The notes beneath the pieces were generated by a model. It ran no database searches, was not told the DNA's origin, and worked only from the letters and a program-made list of their open reading frames with translations. The translations under genes and the position numbers were made by a program. A DNA stretch of 64,000 nt. Origin: Dictyostelium discoideum. Lineage: Eukaryota. Below are positions 13,231 through 26,848 of the stretch, in pieces. The stretch lies in contig CM000154.2 in NCBI GenBank assembly GCA_000004695.1, positions 512,001 through 576,000 on the forward strand, written 5' to 3'. Numbering within the stretch: position 1 is the first letter of the stretch; every line of letters starts with the position of its first letter.

Positions 13231-16200
13231 TTATTTGTTTATTATTGTTTTTTCATTGTTATTATAATCAGTTTGAGATTTAATTAATTTATTAAATTTG
13301 GAATTTGGAATATTCATTAAGTTTGAAGGAGTATCGAATTCTATTAATTGACCACTATCTATTACTGCTATTTTATTACAATCAATAATTGTTTCAAGTC
13401 TGTGAGCAATTGTTAAGGTTGTACAATCTTTAAAGTTTTCTTGAATTGTTTGTTTGATTAATTGAGCTGTATGGTAATCAATTGAACTTGTGGCTTCGTC
13501 CATTAAAATGATTTTAAAATTTTTTAAAATCGTTCTACAAAGGCATAATAATTGTTTTTGACCATATGAGAAACCATTATCACCATTCTCTTGTAGTGCT
13601 GTCTCTAATTTTAATGGCATTGAATTGATTGCATCCTTTAATTTAACTTTTTCAACTGATTCCCAAATTTCAAAATCAGTGAATTCATTGAATGGGTCAA
13701 TGTTTGAACGAATTGTACCTGTGAAAATGAATGGATCTTGAGGTACAATACCTATTGATGATCTTAGTTTTTGTAATTGAACCTTTGATATATCAATACC
13801 ATCAATTAATATTAAACCTTTTGAACATTCTACCATTCTAAATAATGATGAAGCGATAGTTGTTTTACCGGCACCAGTTCTACCAACTATTCCAATCTTT
13901 TCGCTGGATTGAACTTTAAATGATAAATCTTTTAAATTTGGTTCTGAATTTGGTCGATATTTAATTTCCACATTTTTAAACTCTATAATACCTTTATTTG
14001 GCCAATTAACTAAATCAGCATCCTTAATTGTATGATTATCAACTTCATTTGAGTTTGTTGATACGAGTTTATTTCCTTCTTTTGGAATTTCAATATAACT
14101 TTGAATTCTTTGGAATGAGTTCATTTTAACTTCTAAGTCAACGATTCTACGGATTCCCCAACTTAGATAACCATTTAAACTCAAAGCAGTTGTGACTGAT
14201 AACGCAGCGAGTCCATTGTTTGAAATGAATAATGTTGCAATTAATGAGGTAAAAAATACCATTATCCAACCCATAACTTCCAATCTCATAGAAACCCATC
14301 TATGAACTGCGAAACTATAAAAAAAACAACCTAAATTAATATTGATATTGTCAAACATTTCTTTAATAAATCTAGATTCTTGTTTATAAGTTCTAATTGT
14401 AAGTAAACCATTATAGCACTCTTGAAGTAATGAAAAAATTGGGCTAACTGTAATAGATTCCCATCTATTTAATTCTCTTGCTGATGGTCTATATAATCTT
14501 TGAAGTATATAGTAGGCAATGGATAAAATAATTAATGGAATTACCATAATTGGAATAATGAAAACAATAGAAATTAAACCAATTGTTAATTCAGAGAAAC
14601 ACATTGAAACCTCGGTTAATATATCAAACATATGAATATCAATATCACTAGTATCTTTACTGAATCTATTTAAAATTCTACCTGATGGATTTGTATCAAA
14701 GAATCTACATGATGCATATGTTACTGATTTTAATAGTGCTGAATGTAAATTTTTACCAACGTTGAATGTAATACGACACAATAGTAAAATACGTATCATC
14801 AAGATTACAACAAAAGTACCAAAAATTAATAAATAGTAACCAATGTAAAATGAATCACTTTTGCCTTCAATTGATCTTTCTGTCCAAATTGTTAACCAAA
14901 AATCTGAAACTTTAAAAATGGCTTGACCAACGAAAAATAATGAAATAGTGATGAAAAGTGTTACACCTGATGATCCATAACTAAAGTATTTTTTATAAAC
15001 ATTAAATTCTACCTCTCCCTCATTTTTATCTTCTTTAACTAATAATTTTGCTTTCTCGATTAAATTTGGATCATTCTTATCACTAATAGCATTATTAACA
15101 TCAATAATTTCATTTTCGATTTCAATTTCATTTTTTATTAACTCTTCACTATCAGTTTCATTTTCAACATTTTTTTTAATTTCTTTTGTTTTTAAAATTG
15201 ATTTAAAATCAATACCTTTTTCATTTAATTCTTGATATGTACCTTGAATTAATTGACCATTCGAATTTAAAACTATAATATGATCTGCATATGGAATGAA
15301 TTGAAGTTGATGAGTTACTAAAATTCGTGTTTTATTTCTCATTAATTCTCCTTGAATACAATGATCGAATAAATGTGATGCGACTTCAGGATCTACAGCT
15401 GATAAAGGTTCATCAAAAATAAAACAATCTGAATTTGCATAAAGTGCACGTGCTAATGATATACGCTGTTTTTGACCTCCTGAAAGGTTAATACCACGTT
15501 CTCCAATCTCTGTTAAATCCAATCCTGCTAAATTTACTATATCTTTTGTTAATGCTGTTGATTCAATAACTTTTTTATATCTTTCTATATCAAATTCATT
15601 TCCAAATAGAATATTCTCTCTTAATGATGCACTTAATAAAAATGGTTGTTGACTTGTAAATGAAATATTATTTGGTACACCACTAACACTACCATTTAAT
15701 TTATAAATTTCACCAATTAAACCAAAAATTAAACTTGTTTTACCACTACCAACAACACCACAAATCATAGTTAATTTACCTTTTGGTACTATTAAATTAA
15801 TATCCTTTAATTTATAATTAAATTCTTCATTATCATTTTCTTTTTTATTAATTGATTCATCTTGATTTTCTTCTTCTTCATTGTCACCATAATTTAATTC
15901 AAATATATTATTATTTTCAGGTTCATTCCATTGAAATGTACAATTTTCAACTATAATATCATTATCTTGGCCATGTTGATTATTATTTTCTTTTGTTGTT
16001 GTTATTTTTTGATTTTCATTTTTAAAATTTTTATTATATTTTAAAGATTCAGAAGATTTTAAAAAGTTTTGAACCCTTTTGACTGATGGTATTAAACCAA
16101 TAGCTTTAAAAATATCATAAGGTAGACGAATTAAAGGCACTTCTAATTTTGAAAATATTGTCATTGCTGTGAAAGTTACATCTAAACTCATTGTATTACC

Positions 16201-17373
16201 GTTTAATGAATAAGTTGCAAATGTTGATACTAATACTAAGGTTGCATTGGTTTCAATCATCATATGATCAAGTATTGAGTAAAAAATACGTAGGAATATA
16301 TTCTTTAATTCTTGTTTTCTTTGTCCATCAATTTTATTTATAAAGAAATTCTCCCATGCATACATTTTAAATGGTCTAATATTGGTTATTAATTCACTGG
16401 TTAAATTAGTTCTTGAATCTGAATATTCCAATGATTTCTCTAAATAATTACTAGATTTTGCGCATAACATTGCATTGATTGGTAATGCAATTACCATTAC
16501 ACCAAATCCAACTAAACCACTTGGACCAACTACATAACATAATAATCCCACTAAACTTAATATTTGGATGAAATGGGACACTATATTAATATGATGTGTC
16601 CAAAAGTATTCAGATATGTTTGCAACATCAATTGACATAATATTCATAATTTTTCCAGACTTGTATTCCTTTCTTGATGCATTTGATAATTTTAATGTTT
16701 TTTCAAATATCTTTGCTGCTAATGCACCTCTAACATCAAATCCATTTTTAATACCAAACCAATAAAATAATTCTTGTGAAATTGATTGTCCTAAAACACA
16801 TAAACATAATAAACAACATAATAAAATTCCTTTTAAAATGGATTTTTCATTTTCATCTTGTATTGAAATATAATTTATTAAACTTTATTTTTTTTTTTTG
16901 AAATAAAATAAAATCAATTAATAAAATTGGAAATAATTGGAAAATAAATAAACTATATAATATACTTACAATTTTAAACAAATTGGTGATAAAAATGTAA
17001 AAATTATTATAAATAAATTTGAAACTAAAGCATATTTATTTTTTGGTAAAAATTTTTTATAAATATGTTTTATTAATGTATAATTAGAATTATTTGATAA
17101 ATCTATATCTTCCAATAGTTTTGATGTGGTTTGGACTTTATTTAACTCTGGTAAATCATAAATATCGTTCATTTCTAATGACTCTTTTAAATAACCTTTC
17201 ATTATTAATTTCGTTACCCAATTAAAACTAATTTTTGACCATTTTGATGAATTATCTTCTGGACATGTTTTATAAAAATTATTTGTTGAATTTGATGATG
17301 GTTCATTTTCATCTTCATTATCTTTTAGTTTTTCATAGGACGAAAAAAACTTTTTTAAAATTTTAGTGAACAT
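13231..17373 (-). CDS. abcC: ABC transporter, ABCC/MRP subfamily, copy 2 (intact NBD1 H-loop 'ILVTHQ'); 2 exons 17373-16969 and 16882-13231
   Basis: Same architecture and ~90% identity to copy 1. Exon 1 'MFTKILKKFFSSYEKL...SPICLKL' has a GTAAGT donor at plus 16963-16968. The acceptor ...ATAAAG|TTTAATAAATTA lies after a T-tract. The ATG at 17373 is more likely than the upstream K-rich alternative start reported by the track. Confidence 0.85.
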
Positions 17374-17687
17374 TTTTTTTTGTTTTTTTTTTTTTTTTTT
17401 TTGTTTTGTTTTGTTTCTCACACAAACATGATCTAATTAAATAACTCGGCAACTCCAATATTTTGTTTAAAAGCAACTCCATTATTTAGTGATTTGTTCT
17501 TTATTTCTTAAAAAATTCTCTACTTTCATTTTTGAGAAAATATATTTAAAAGGTTCACCCTTATAGTATGTTCTTTTTTTTTAAAGTGGAGAAAAGAGAA
17601 TGAAAGCTGTGTTTTTTTTTAGATTTTTTGGATTTTTCGTTTTAATTTTTTTTTTTTTAGTTCGTTTTTTTAGGGTTATCTTGATTT

Positions 17688-17723
<36 letters not shown>

Positions 17724-17740
17724 GGAATTTTATTTTATGA

Positions 17741-17824
17741 TTTATTTTATATAATTTTGTGTATTTTTGTGTGCTTTATTTATCTATACTAAATTCATAT
17801 TAAAAATTAATAAATTTAAATTGT

Positions 17825-17866
<42 letters not shown>

Positions 17867-18300
17867 GGTCTAATTTGAATGTTATCATCAATATAAACAT
17901 TATTTTTTATATAAAATATATTCACCCGTTGTTCTTCCAAAATAAAAAAATCATTACAAAAAATGGATGAAAAATAATTAAATTCTAAAAATAAAATTTT
18001 TGATTTAAAAAATAAAATAAAAAATTCAAAAAAACAGAATGATTACATTCATTTTTTTTAATTTTTATATCATTTTGTGTATTTTTGAGTGCTCTATTTA
18101 TCTATACTTAATTCATATTAAGAATTAATAAATTTAAATTATTGTTTGAAAAAAAAAAAAAAAAATGAAAAATAAAATAAAAAAAAAAATGAAAATTTTT
18201 TTTTTTTTTTTTTTGGGTGCCCAGTTTGAATGTTTATCAATAATCTGTCCACAAATTATTTTTTTTTATTTTATCTATTTTTATTTTATAATAAAATAAT
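17741..18300 (+). repeat. Two tandem ~290-bp units of a dispersed intergenic repeat. Each unit is a ~95-bp core, a T/A homopolymer, then a GGGT..TTTGAATGTT..ATCAATAAT tail. Units at ~17741-18030 and ~18031-18300.
   Basis: Unit A core (17755-17830) 'ttttgtgtatttttgtgtgctttatttatctatactaaattcatattaaaaattaataaatttaaatt' matches unit B core (18076-18140) almost exactly. Both are followed by a homopolymer and 'gggt(c/g)...tttgaatgtt'. Confidence 0.6.
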
Positions 18301-18346
18301 ATTTTTAAAAACAATATATGTTCTTTTTTTTTTTATTTTTTAATTA

Positions 18347-20137
18347 TTAATTTTCATTTGATTTAATTGTTTGATATAAAAAGCCCATTGTTGAGATTGA
18401 GTCACCTAAACCAACAGTTTTTAAAGGAGATTTACAAACTAAAACTGGGGCTAAATGGAATTCATAACCAGAATCTTGCCAAGTTGTAACTGGTGAAGAT
18501 GGATCGATAATGATTGATTTTGTAGCACCTGGAGTATAACGATAATCTACTTCCACTGATAATGGTAATAATAATTCAACAGAATTGAAACGACAAGCTT
18601 GAAAGGTGGCTTCGATTGAAGAGGCGGCTACTGAAGCTGAAGTTAATTTTGGAGACCATTGCGAATAGGATTTAGTGATAATCAAATGAAATGATAAATA
18701 GTGGAAATGAATTCTAGTTAATAAACGTTGTTTTGACATTGTTGGTATACCAAAATCACCCAAAATATTATCATCGACATTTCTATCGGCAGTGGTGGAG
18801 GTGGTGGTGGTGGTGGCATAATGAAATGAAATTTCCATAATATGAAGTAACGCATTTACAACCACATTAACAGAAGGTTCTTTAAAATCGTCCAAACTGA
18901 ATTTCTTACCACCTGTTGAAACATAGATAAAGCCTAATTCCTGTTCGTTCAATCCGACAGAGTCAACGAATGGTATGATCTTTTTAGCCAATAAATTAAT
19001 ATAGGAAGGTGAAGCGATTGACGCCAATTCCAAATGAATTGGTACATTCAACGATGGATGATTTAAAAAGTTTGAAGGATTATTATTGTATGGGATTTGT
19101 TTCAATAGGTTGACCATATCATTTACACGTCTTTCTTGAGCCTCTTCGGTTAATAAATGTAAACCTGATAAGAGTAATAAATCTGGTTGTTTCTTTTCAA
19201 TCTCTTGATGGAATGATTCCATTGTCATTAGATGTGAGTTTGTGTTATCTCTTGATATGATGAATCTATTGGAACGTGGTGGTGAGATTGAACCCCATCT
19301 ACTCTGTTTATTGTATTCCATAATTAGATGAATCTCATCAAACTCTTCGCCATTCTCTGACTGATAACCAATGATTGACACTGATGGCGACAAGAGTTCC
19401 TTCAATTTCTTGCCAATGATACCGCCCAAATAAACCCTACAACCATCTGCCACCAATCTATTTGCCATTATACCTGCATTGCCACCGGTGTAGAATTGCT
19501 TTGATTCAGATTGCAATGCTGCTGCCAAAATCGCAGAAAAGGTATCTTCATTTTCAATCATACGTTCAGCTGCTGAACCACTCTTAAAATAATGTGAAAA
19601 GGTTTGTTCAAAATCATCCAATGATTTAATGACCTCTTTTGACATTGGTCTATTATGAATGGATGATTTCAATTTCAATTTATCCATTAATTCTATTGCA
19701 TCAACCACTAAATCTAAATTTGTATTATATCCAACTGCTATTGTTTTATTCTTACATTCTTCGTTCCATTCTTTATATTTTGCTATATCTTTTAATCCAT
19801 TTTCAATCTTTTTCATTGATTTTATATCATCAATTATATTTATATTTGTATTATTATTATCATTATTGTTATTTAAATTATTACTATTATTTCCGCTATC
19901 ATATAATGGATTGATTCTAAGGTATATATAAAATATAACTAAACATATAAAAAACACAACTAATCCTCCAAATTTTAAATTACTTAATGGTCTCTCAACT
20001 AAAATCTTTGGTCTATTTGCTTTTTGTTCTATCTTTTTTAATTTTTTTTTACTGATCTCTGGTGATTGTGATGATTGTGATGTTGGACTACTATTACCAA
20101 CTAATGGTGGTGAATTTTTTGTTTGTCTTTTACTCAT
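18347..20137 (-). CDS. ADP-dependent glucokinase (ADPGK, ribokinase-like superfamily), with N-terminal signal-anchor TM
   Basis: Single 596-aa ORF. It has an N-terminal hydrophobic anchor 'GGLVVFFICLVIFYIYL', the motifs 'GGNAGIMANRL' and 'VGLNEQEL' (the ADP-dependent kinase NEQE motif), and the C-terminal 'VGLGDSIS' GXGD catalytic motif typical of ADPGK/ADP-PFK. Confidence 0.75.
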   Translation of the reverse strand: MSKRQTKNSPPLVGNSSPTSQSSQSPEISKKKLKKIEQKANRPKILVERPLSNLKFGGLVVFFICLVIFYIYLRINPLYDSGNNSNNLNNNNDNNNTNINIIDDIKSMKKIENGLKDIAKYKEWNEECKNKTIAVGYNTNLDLVVDAIELMDKLKLKSSIHNRPMSKEVIKSLDDFEQTFSHYFKSGSAAERMIENEDTFSAILAAALQSESKQFYTGGNAGIMANRLVADGCRVYLGGIIGKKLKELLSPSVSIIGYQSENGEEFDEIHLIMEYNKQSRWGSISPPRSNRFIISRDNTNSHLMTMESFHQEIEKKQPDLLLLSGLHLLTEEAQERRVNDMVNLLKQIPYNNNPSNFLNHPSLNVPIHLELASIASPSYINLLAKKIIPFVDSVGLNEQELGFIYVSTGGKKFSLDDFKEPSVNVVVNALLHIMEISFHYATTTTTSTTADRNVDDNILGDFGIPTMSKQRLLTRIHFHYLSFHLIITKSYSQWSPKLTSASVAASSIEATFQACRFNSVELLLPLSVEVDYRYTPGATKSIIIDPSSPVTTWQDSGYEFHLAPVLVCKSPLKTVGLGDSISTMGFLYQTIKSNEN

Positions 20138-20329
20138 ATTTTAATTTATTTGTGTAAAAGAGATTTTAAAATAAAAATAAAAAAAAAATTTTCAAAATTA
20201 AAAATAAAAAAAATATTTTCATTTTTTTTTTTTTTTTTTTTTTTTTGTTTTTTATTTGTAATTTTTCTATTTTTTTATTATTTTTTTTTTTTTTTATTAT
20301 TAAAAAAATGATTTAAATTATTTTTTTAA

Positions 20330-20425
20330 TATGAATTTAGTATATAAAAATAGAACACTTAAAAATACACAAAATGATATAAAATATAAAAAAAATGAAT
20401 GTAACCATTTTCTGTTTTTTGAATT
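20330..20425 (-). repeat. Inverted copy of the ~95-bp dispersed repeat core
   Basis: The reverse complement 'aaaaaacagaaaatggttacattcattttttttatattttatatcattttgtgtatttttaagtgttctatttttatatactaaattcat' aligns with 18031-18125, which reads 'aaaaaacagaatgattacattcatttttttta atttttatatcattttgtgtatttttgagtgctctatttatctatacttaattcat'. Confidence 0.6.
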
Positions 20426-20541
20426 TTTTTTTTTTTTTTTTTTTTTTTTGGAAAATTAATTTTTTTTGAATTTTTTTTTTTTTTTTAATTTTTTTTTTTT
20501 TTTTTATGATCATCAACCACTTCAACATTTTTAATTTAAAA

Positions 20542-20572
<31 letters not shown>

Positions 20573-20723
20573 TCAAATTAATTGTAAATAATAAAAAGTA
20601 AAAATAAATAAACAAACAAATAAAATTTTATAAATTTCACAATTCTAGTTAATAAACATTCACCACAACATAATATAAAATAAAATAAAATAAAAAAGAT
20701 AAAAAATAAAAAATAATAAAAAA

Positions 20724-21193
20724 ATGACAAAAACAGAAACTAAAGTAGAACCAAAAGCAGAGGTCAAACCAAAAGAAGATAATGTAGAAGTTATTGAAGA
20801 TGATGAATTTGAAGAGTTTGAAGATAGTAAATATATATTAATACATTATTTATTTGTTTATTTATATTTTTATTAAATTAACAAACTAACAATATTTTAT
20901 TATTATTATCATTATTATCATCATTATTATCATTGTCATTATTCTTTTATTCATAGATATGGCCGAAGGCGAAGATAACTCAAAAGAACAATGGGAAGAT
21001 GATTGGGATACTGATAAAATTGATGACGATTTTTCAAAACAATTAAGGTACATATTATATTAAAACTTGATACTCTCAATACCATAATCATTATTCTAAT
21101 ACCTTTTTTTTTTTTAAAAAAAAAAATTTTAATATACACCCATACATATATTACAGAGCTGAAATTGAATCCCACTCAACCATGAAATCATAA
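20724..21193 (+). CDS. dss1: 26S proteasome complex subunit DSS1/SEM1 (3 exons: 20724-20826, 20957-21046, 21157-21193)
   Basis: The spliced product is [76 protein letters not shown]. The acidic DSS1 core 'EDDEFEEF...WEDDWDDD...DDFS.QLRAEL' is diagnostic. Donors are GTAAAT (20827) and GTACAT (21047). Acceptors are TTATTCATAG (20956) and TATTACAG (21156). All phases are consistent. Confidence 0.8.
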
Positions 21194-21366
21194 ATAGAAA
21201 TAATAATAAAAAAAAATATAGGAATAAAAAAAAAATAAAAAAAATAAAAAAAAAAAGAAAAAACTAAAAAATATAAATTGTAAAAAAAAAAAAATACATA
21301 TATATACATATACATTTATTTTAAATTATTATTATAATTTTTTTTTTTTTAATTATTTATTTATAA

Positions 21367-23169
21367 TTAATTATCATTACTCCAAATTTTCCAAGTTTTA
21401 TCAAATGAAGTTGATAAAATTTTTGAATTTGTTAAATCAATAGAAGTAACTTTTGATGAATGACCTTCAAATGTTGCTAATGGACTCCATGTATTTGGTG
21501 ACCAAGTTTTAATTTTACCATCAAATGAACATGTTGCTAAATAATTTACACAACCAGGACTACTGTTGTTGTTGTTATTATTAGTTTGAGTAGATTGCTT
21601 TTGAAATTTAACACATGATACGATTGAATTATGAGCTAAAATTTGACAAGATTGTTCTTTCTTACGAATATCCCAAATGACTACAGTGTTGTCTTCAGAG
21701 GAAGAAGCCAATTGATAACCATTTGGTGACCAATCGACAGAGATCACTTGTTTAGAGTGACCTTGGAAATAGAGGATTGGACGACCACTTCTTAAATCCC
21801 AAATTCTAACCAATCCATCTTGAGAGCCTGTTGCAAGTAATGAACCATCCGATTGAATTGAAATACCCATCACTCCATCACTATGTCCCTCTTGATCCAA
21901 TAAACATTTACCACCACTCTCCAAATCCCACAATCTCCAACTTTTATCATTACTACTTGTAGTTATATATCTACCACATGGATGAAATGAACATCTATTT
22001 ACAACATCACTATGACCTTCTAATGATAATATTGGTTGTGTCTCAATACTAACAGTCGCATCATTATCTTCTTCTTCATTATCATTGTTATTATTATTAT
22101 TATTATTATTATCATTATTTAATAAAGGCCATAACTTACAAGTTGAATCAGCAGAAGTTGTGGCAATATTAACTAAATTCTTTGTATGATTACCATCTAT
22201 ACCTGACAATGGATGATACGCAATACAACTTACTCTTTGTGAATGACCTGCTAGAATTTGTTTCTTTTGACCTGAAACACTCCAAACCTTTGAAACACCA
22301 CTCCATGATCCAATTGCAACATTTTTACCATCAGGTGAAAATACACCCATACTCAATGGTCTGTCATCACCAATTTGACTAACTGATGAATAATAATTCT
22401 TTAATTCCTTAACTGTATATTCCATATCTTTTTCAAACTCTGTTTTAATTTTTACCATCATATTTAAATCATCACCATCGTCACCATCGTCATCATCATC
22501 ATCATCCTCCTCCTCATCTATATTCATATTATCATTTTCAAGTTGTTGATGTAATCGTAATTTTTTTTGAATTCTTTTTTGTTGTTTTTCTTCAAATTGA
22601 TTTTTTAAATTATCATTTTCTTTTTGTATTGATAATTCAATTTCTCTTTGTTTTTTTAAATGTAATAATCTTTGTTGTGATTTCTTTAATGAATAAATTG
22701 ATATATTAATCCTAGCGGTTTTTAATTCCTCTGTGCCCTCTGTAAGGAAATTCTCTTCATCACTACCTTCTAACTGTTCTTGCTCTTCTTGTTCTTTTTT
22801 ATTTGAAATTAATAATGGTGTGCCATCTATAATATTTCTTTCAATTAATATCTCTCTTAATCTCGATCTTCTATGTTCTGGCTTTTCACCAAATAATATA
22901 ATTGGTTCTAATAATTCTCGAAGTTTTAATTTTACTAAATTATCAATTGTTGGTACTATAACTTGTTTTGCTCTTTTCTTTCTTTCATATTCATCCAAAA
23001 CTTTTTGATGTTGTTCTTGTGATCTTTTTGTGTGTTTTGAAAATGGTAAAAATTCTGCTTGGTTCTCTTCATCACCACCACCACTACTACCAATACTGTT
23101 AATACTATCTTTTTTTTGTTTCAAATTTTCTTTTTTAATTGCTCCAAAATAAATTCTTTTATTATCCAT
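21367..23169 (-). CDS. prp4: U4/U6 small nuclear ribonucleoprotein Prp4 (N-terminal SFM/Prp3-binding motif plus 7 WD40 repeats)
   Basis: 600-aa ORF. It has the SFM motif 'LRELLEPIILFGEKPEHRRSRLREIL', which matches the PRP4 consensus LRxLGEPIxLFGExxxxRRxRLRxLL. This is followed by WD40 repeats (GHS..V..I..HP, WD dipeptides), with Asn- and Asp-rich inserts. Confidence 0.8.
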   Translation of the reverse strand: MDNKRIYFGAIKKENLKQKKDSINSIGSSGGGDEENQAEFLPFSKHTKRSQEQHQKVLDEYERKKRAKQVIVPTIDNLVKLKLRELLEPIILFGEKPEHRRSRLREILIERNIIDGTPLLISNKKEQEEQEQLEGSDEENFLTEGTEELKTARINISIYSLKKSQQRLLHLKKQREIELSIQKENDNLKNQFEEKQQKRIQKKLRLHQQLENDNMNIDEEEDDDDDDDGDDGDDLNMMVKIKTEFEKDMEYTVKELKNYYSSVSQIGDDRPLSMGVFSPDGKNVAIGSWSGVSKVWSVSGQKKQILAGHSQRVSCIAYHPLSGIDGNHTKNLVNIATTSADSTCKLWPLLNNDNNNNNNNNNDNEEEDNDATVSIETQPILSLEGHSDVVNRCSFHPCGRYITTSSNDKSWRLWDLESGGKCLLDQEGHSDGVMGISIQSDGSLLATGSQDGLVRIWDLRSGRPILYFQGHSKQVISVDWSPNGYQLASSSEDNTVVIWDIRKKEQSCQILAHNSIVSCVKFQKQSTQTNNNNNNSSPGCVNYLATCSFDGKIKTWSPNTWSPLATFEGHSSKVTSIDLTNSKILSTSFDKTWKIWSNDN

Positions 23170-23623
23170 ATTTATATTATTATTTTTTTAATTTTATTTT
23201 TAAAGAAAATTTTTAGAACATACAAACTAAAAAAAAAAAAAAAAAATGAAAAAAGAAAAAAAAAAAAAAAAAAGATAAAAAATGATTTTTCATTGAACAA
23301 TTTGACAGAATGGGAAATTTTAAAAAAAAAAATTAATAAAAAAAATTGACTAGTAAAAAAATAATTAAATAACTAAATAAATAAATAATTAAATAAATAA
23401 TTAAATAAATAATTAAAATAATAAATTTAAAAAAAAAAAAATTTTGAAAAAATTTTGAAAAATGTTTAATTTTTAATAAAGAAATAAATGTTTATATTTA
23501 TAAAAATATTTATTTATTTTATTTAATTTTTTTTTATTCATTGATTTTTTTTTTTTTTTTTTTTATTTTTATTTTATTTTATTTAATTTTTTTTTATTCT
23601 TTGATTTTTTTTTTTTTTACCTT

Positions 23624-23654
<31 letters not shown>

Positions 23655-23807
23655 AGTTTTTTAAATTTTTTTTTCAGCGATCATACACAGTGTATATAAT
23701 AATATATTATATTATACATAGGGAATAATCCCGAAAAATAAAGAAAATTAAAAAAAAATAAAAAATAAAAAATAAAATAAAATAAAAAGTAAAAAAAAAA
23801 ATAAACG

Positions 23808-23839
<32 letters not shown>

Positions 23840-24097
23840 ACGAAAAATTGTTTTTTTTATTTCTTTTTTTAAAAACTATAATTATCATCATTTGTACATA
23901 CTAAATTCCTTTTAAAATTTTTTTTTTTTTTTTTTTTTATTATTATTATCATTAGCTCAACAAAAATAAAAAAAAAAAATAAAAAATAAAAAATAAAAAA
24001 ATTAAAAAATAAAAAAAATAAAAAACAAAAAATAAAAAATAAAAAAATAAAAAAGTAAAAAATAAAAAAAATAAAAAAAAAAGGATAAAAATAAAAA

Positions 24098-25885
<1,788 letters not shown>

Positions 25886-26404
25886 TTATTTGTTGGCTGG
25901 TTGTTAAAAAGATAATAAAATAAAAAGAAACAAAAAAAAAAAAAAAAAAAAAAAGAAAAAAAAAGAAAAAAAAAAGAAAAAAAAAAAATAAAAAAAAAAG
26001 AAAAGAAAAAAAAAAAAACTGGAAAATATTAATAAATAAATTTGTATATAATATAATATATATAATTAGCCAAATTGTAATTAGGTTTTTTAAAATTGAT
26101 TCTTTTTCTTTTTAATCACTAATATTTTCACTGAAAAAAAAAAAAAAAAAAAAAATCCCAAAATAATTGAGTATTGAAATAAATTAAATTATTCAAATTT
26201 GGGTAAAAAAAAAAAAAAAAAAAATTACCGATAAATGGAAAAAAAAAATGAAAAAAAAAAAATATTGGGCATAAAAAGTTTTTTTTTTTTTTTTTTTTTT
26301 AATTTTGTTTTCAACTATTTATTTAAAAATCACAGATTGTCATTTTAATAATAGTAGTAGTAATAATAATAATAGTAATAATATTATTTTAACAATAAAC
26401 AAAT

Positions 26405-26759
26405 ATGTCAAATAAAAGACATTTATTTAAGAATGCATTCACAGTATCGAGTCAATCAGTAATGAGAGGTAGTGATGTTAAAAAATTAAAACAAAGAGTA
26501 ATGGATAAATATAAAGGTGTTACAAGTGAACAAATAGATTTATTAATAAACAAGAAAAAAGATGTTGGTATGGTAAAATTACCAAATAAAATTCAATTAA
26601 TATCACATCAAAATGATCCAATATTTTTCGAAATTAATGATACAATTTATCCAACTGGTATGTTGTTTTTTTTTTTTTTTTTTTTTTTTTTTCTCCTTTT
26701 AGAACCTTTTTTTTTAATTGGTTTACATTAGTTCTTAACATCATACTAATTTATCTTGC

Positions 26760-26848
<89 letters not shown>

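Noticed and set aside
17374-17421. Upstream extension 'MRNKTKQKKKKKKQKK' of ABCC copy 2 reported by the ORF track
   Set aside because: It is an A-rich 5' leader read in frame. The ATG at 17373 (MFTKIL...) matches the copy 1 start, so the extension is probably UTR.
23350-23650. Short local duplications in the spacer upstream of the Myb gene: a 12-mer AAATAATTAAAT repeated about 3.5 times, and a ~45-bp segment 'tttatttaatttttttttattc(a/t)ttgattttttttt' repeated twice
   Set aside because: They are probably replication-slippage products typical of A/T-rich spacers. They are too short and simple to call an element, and I mention them for completeness only.
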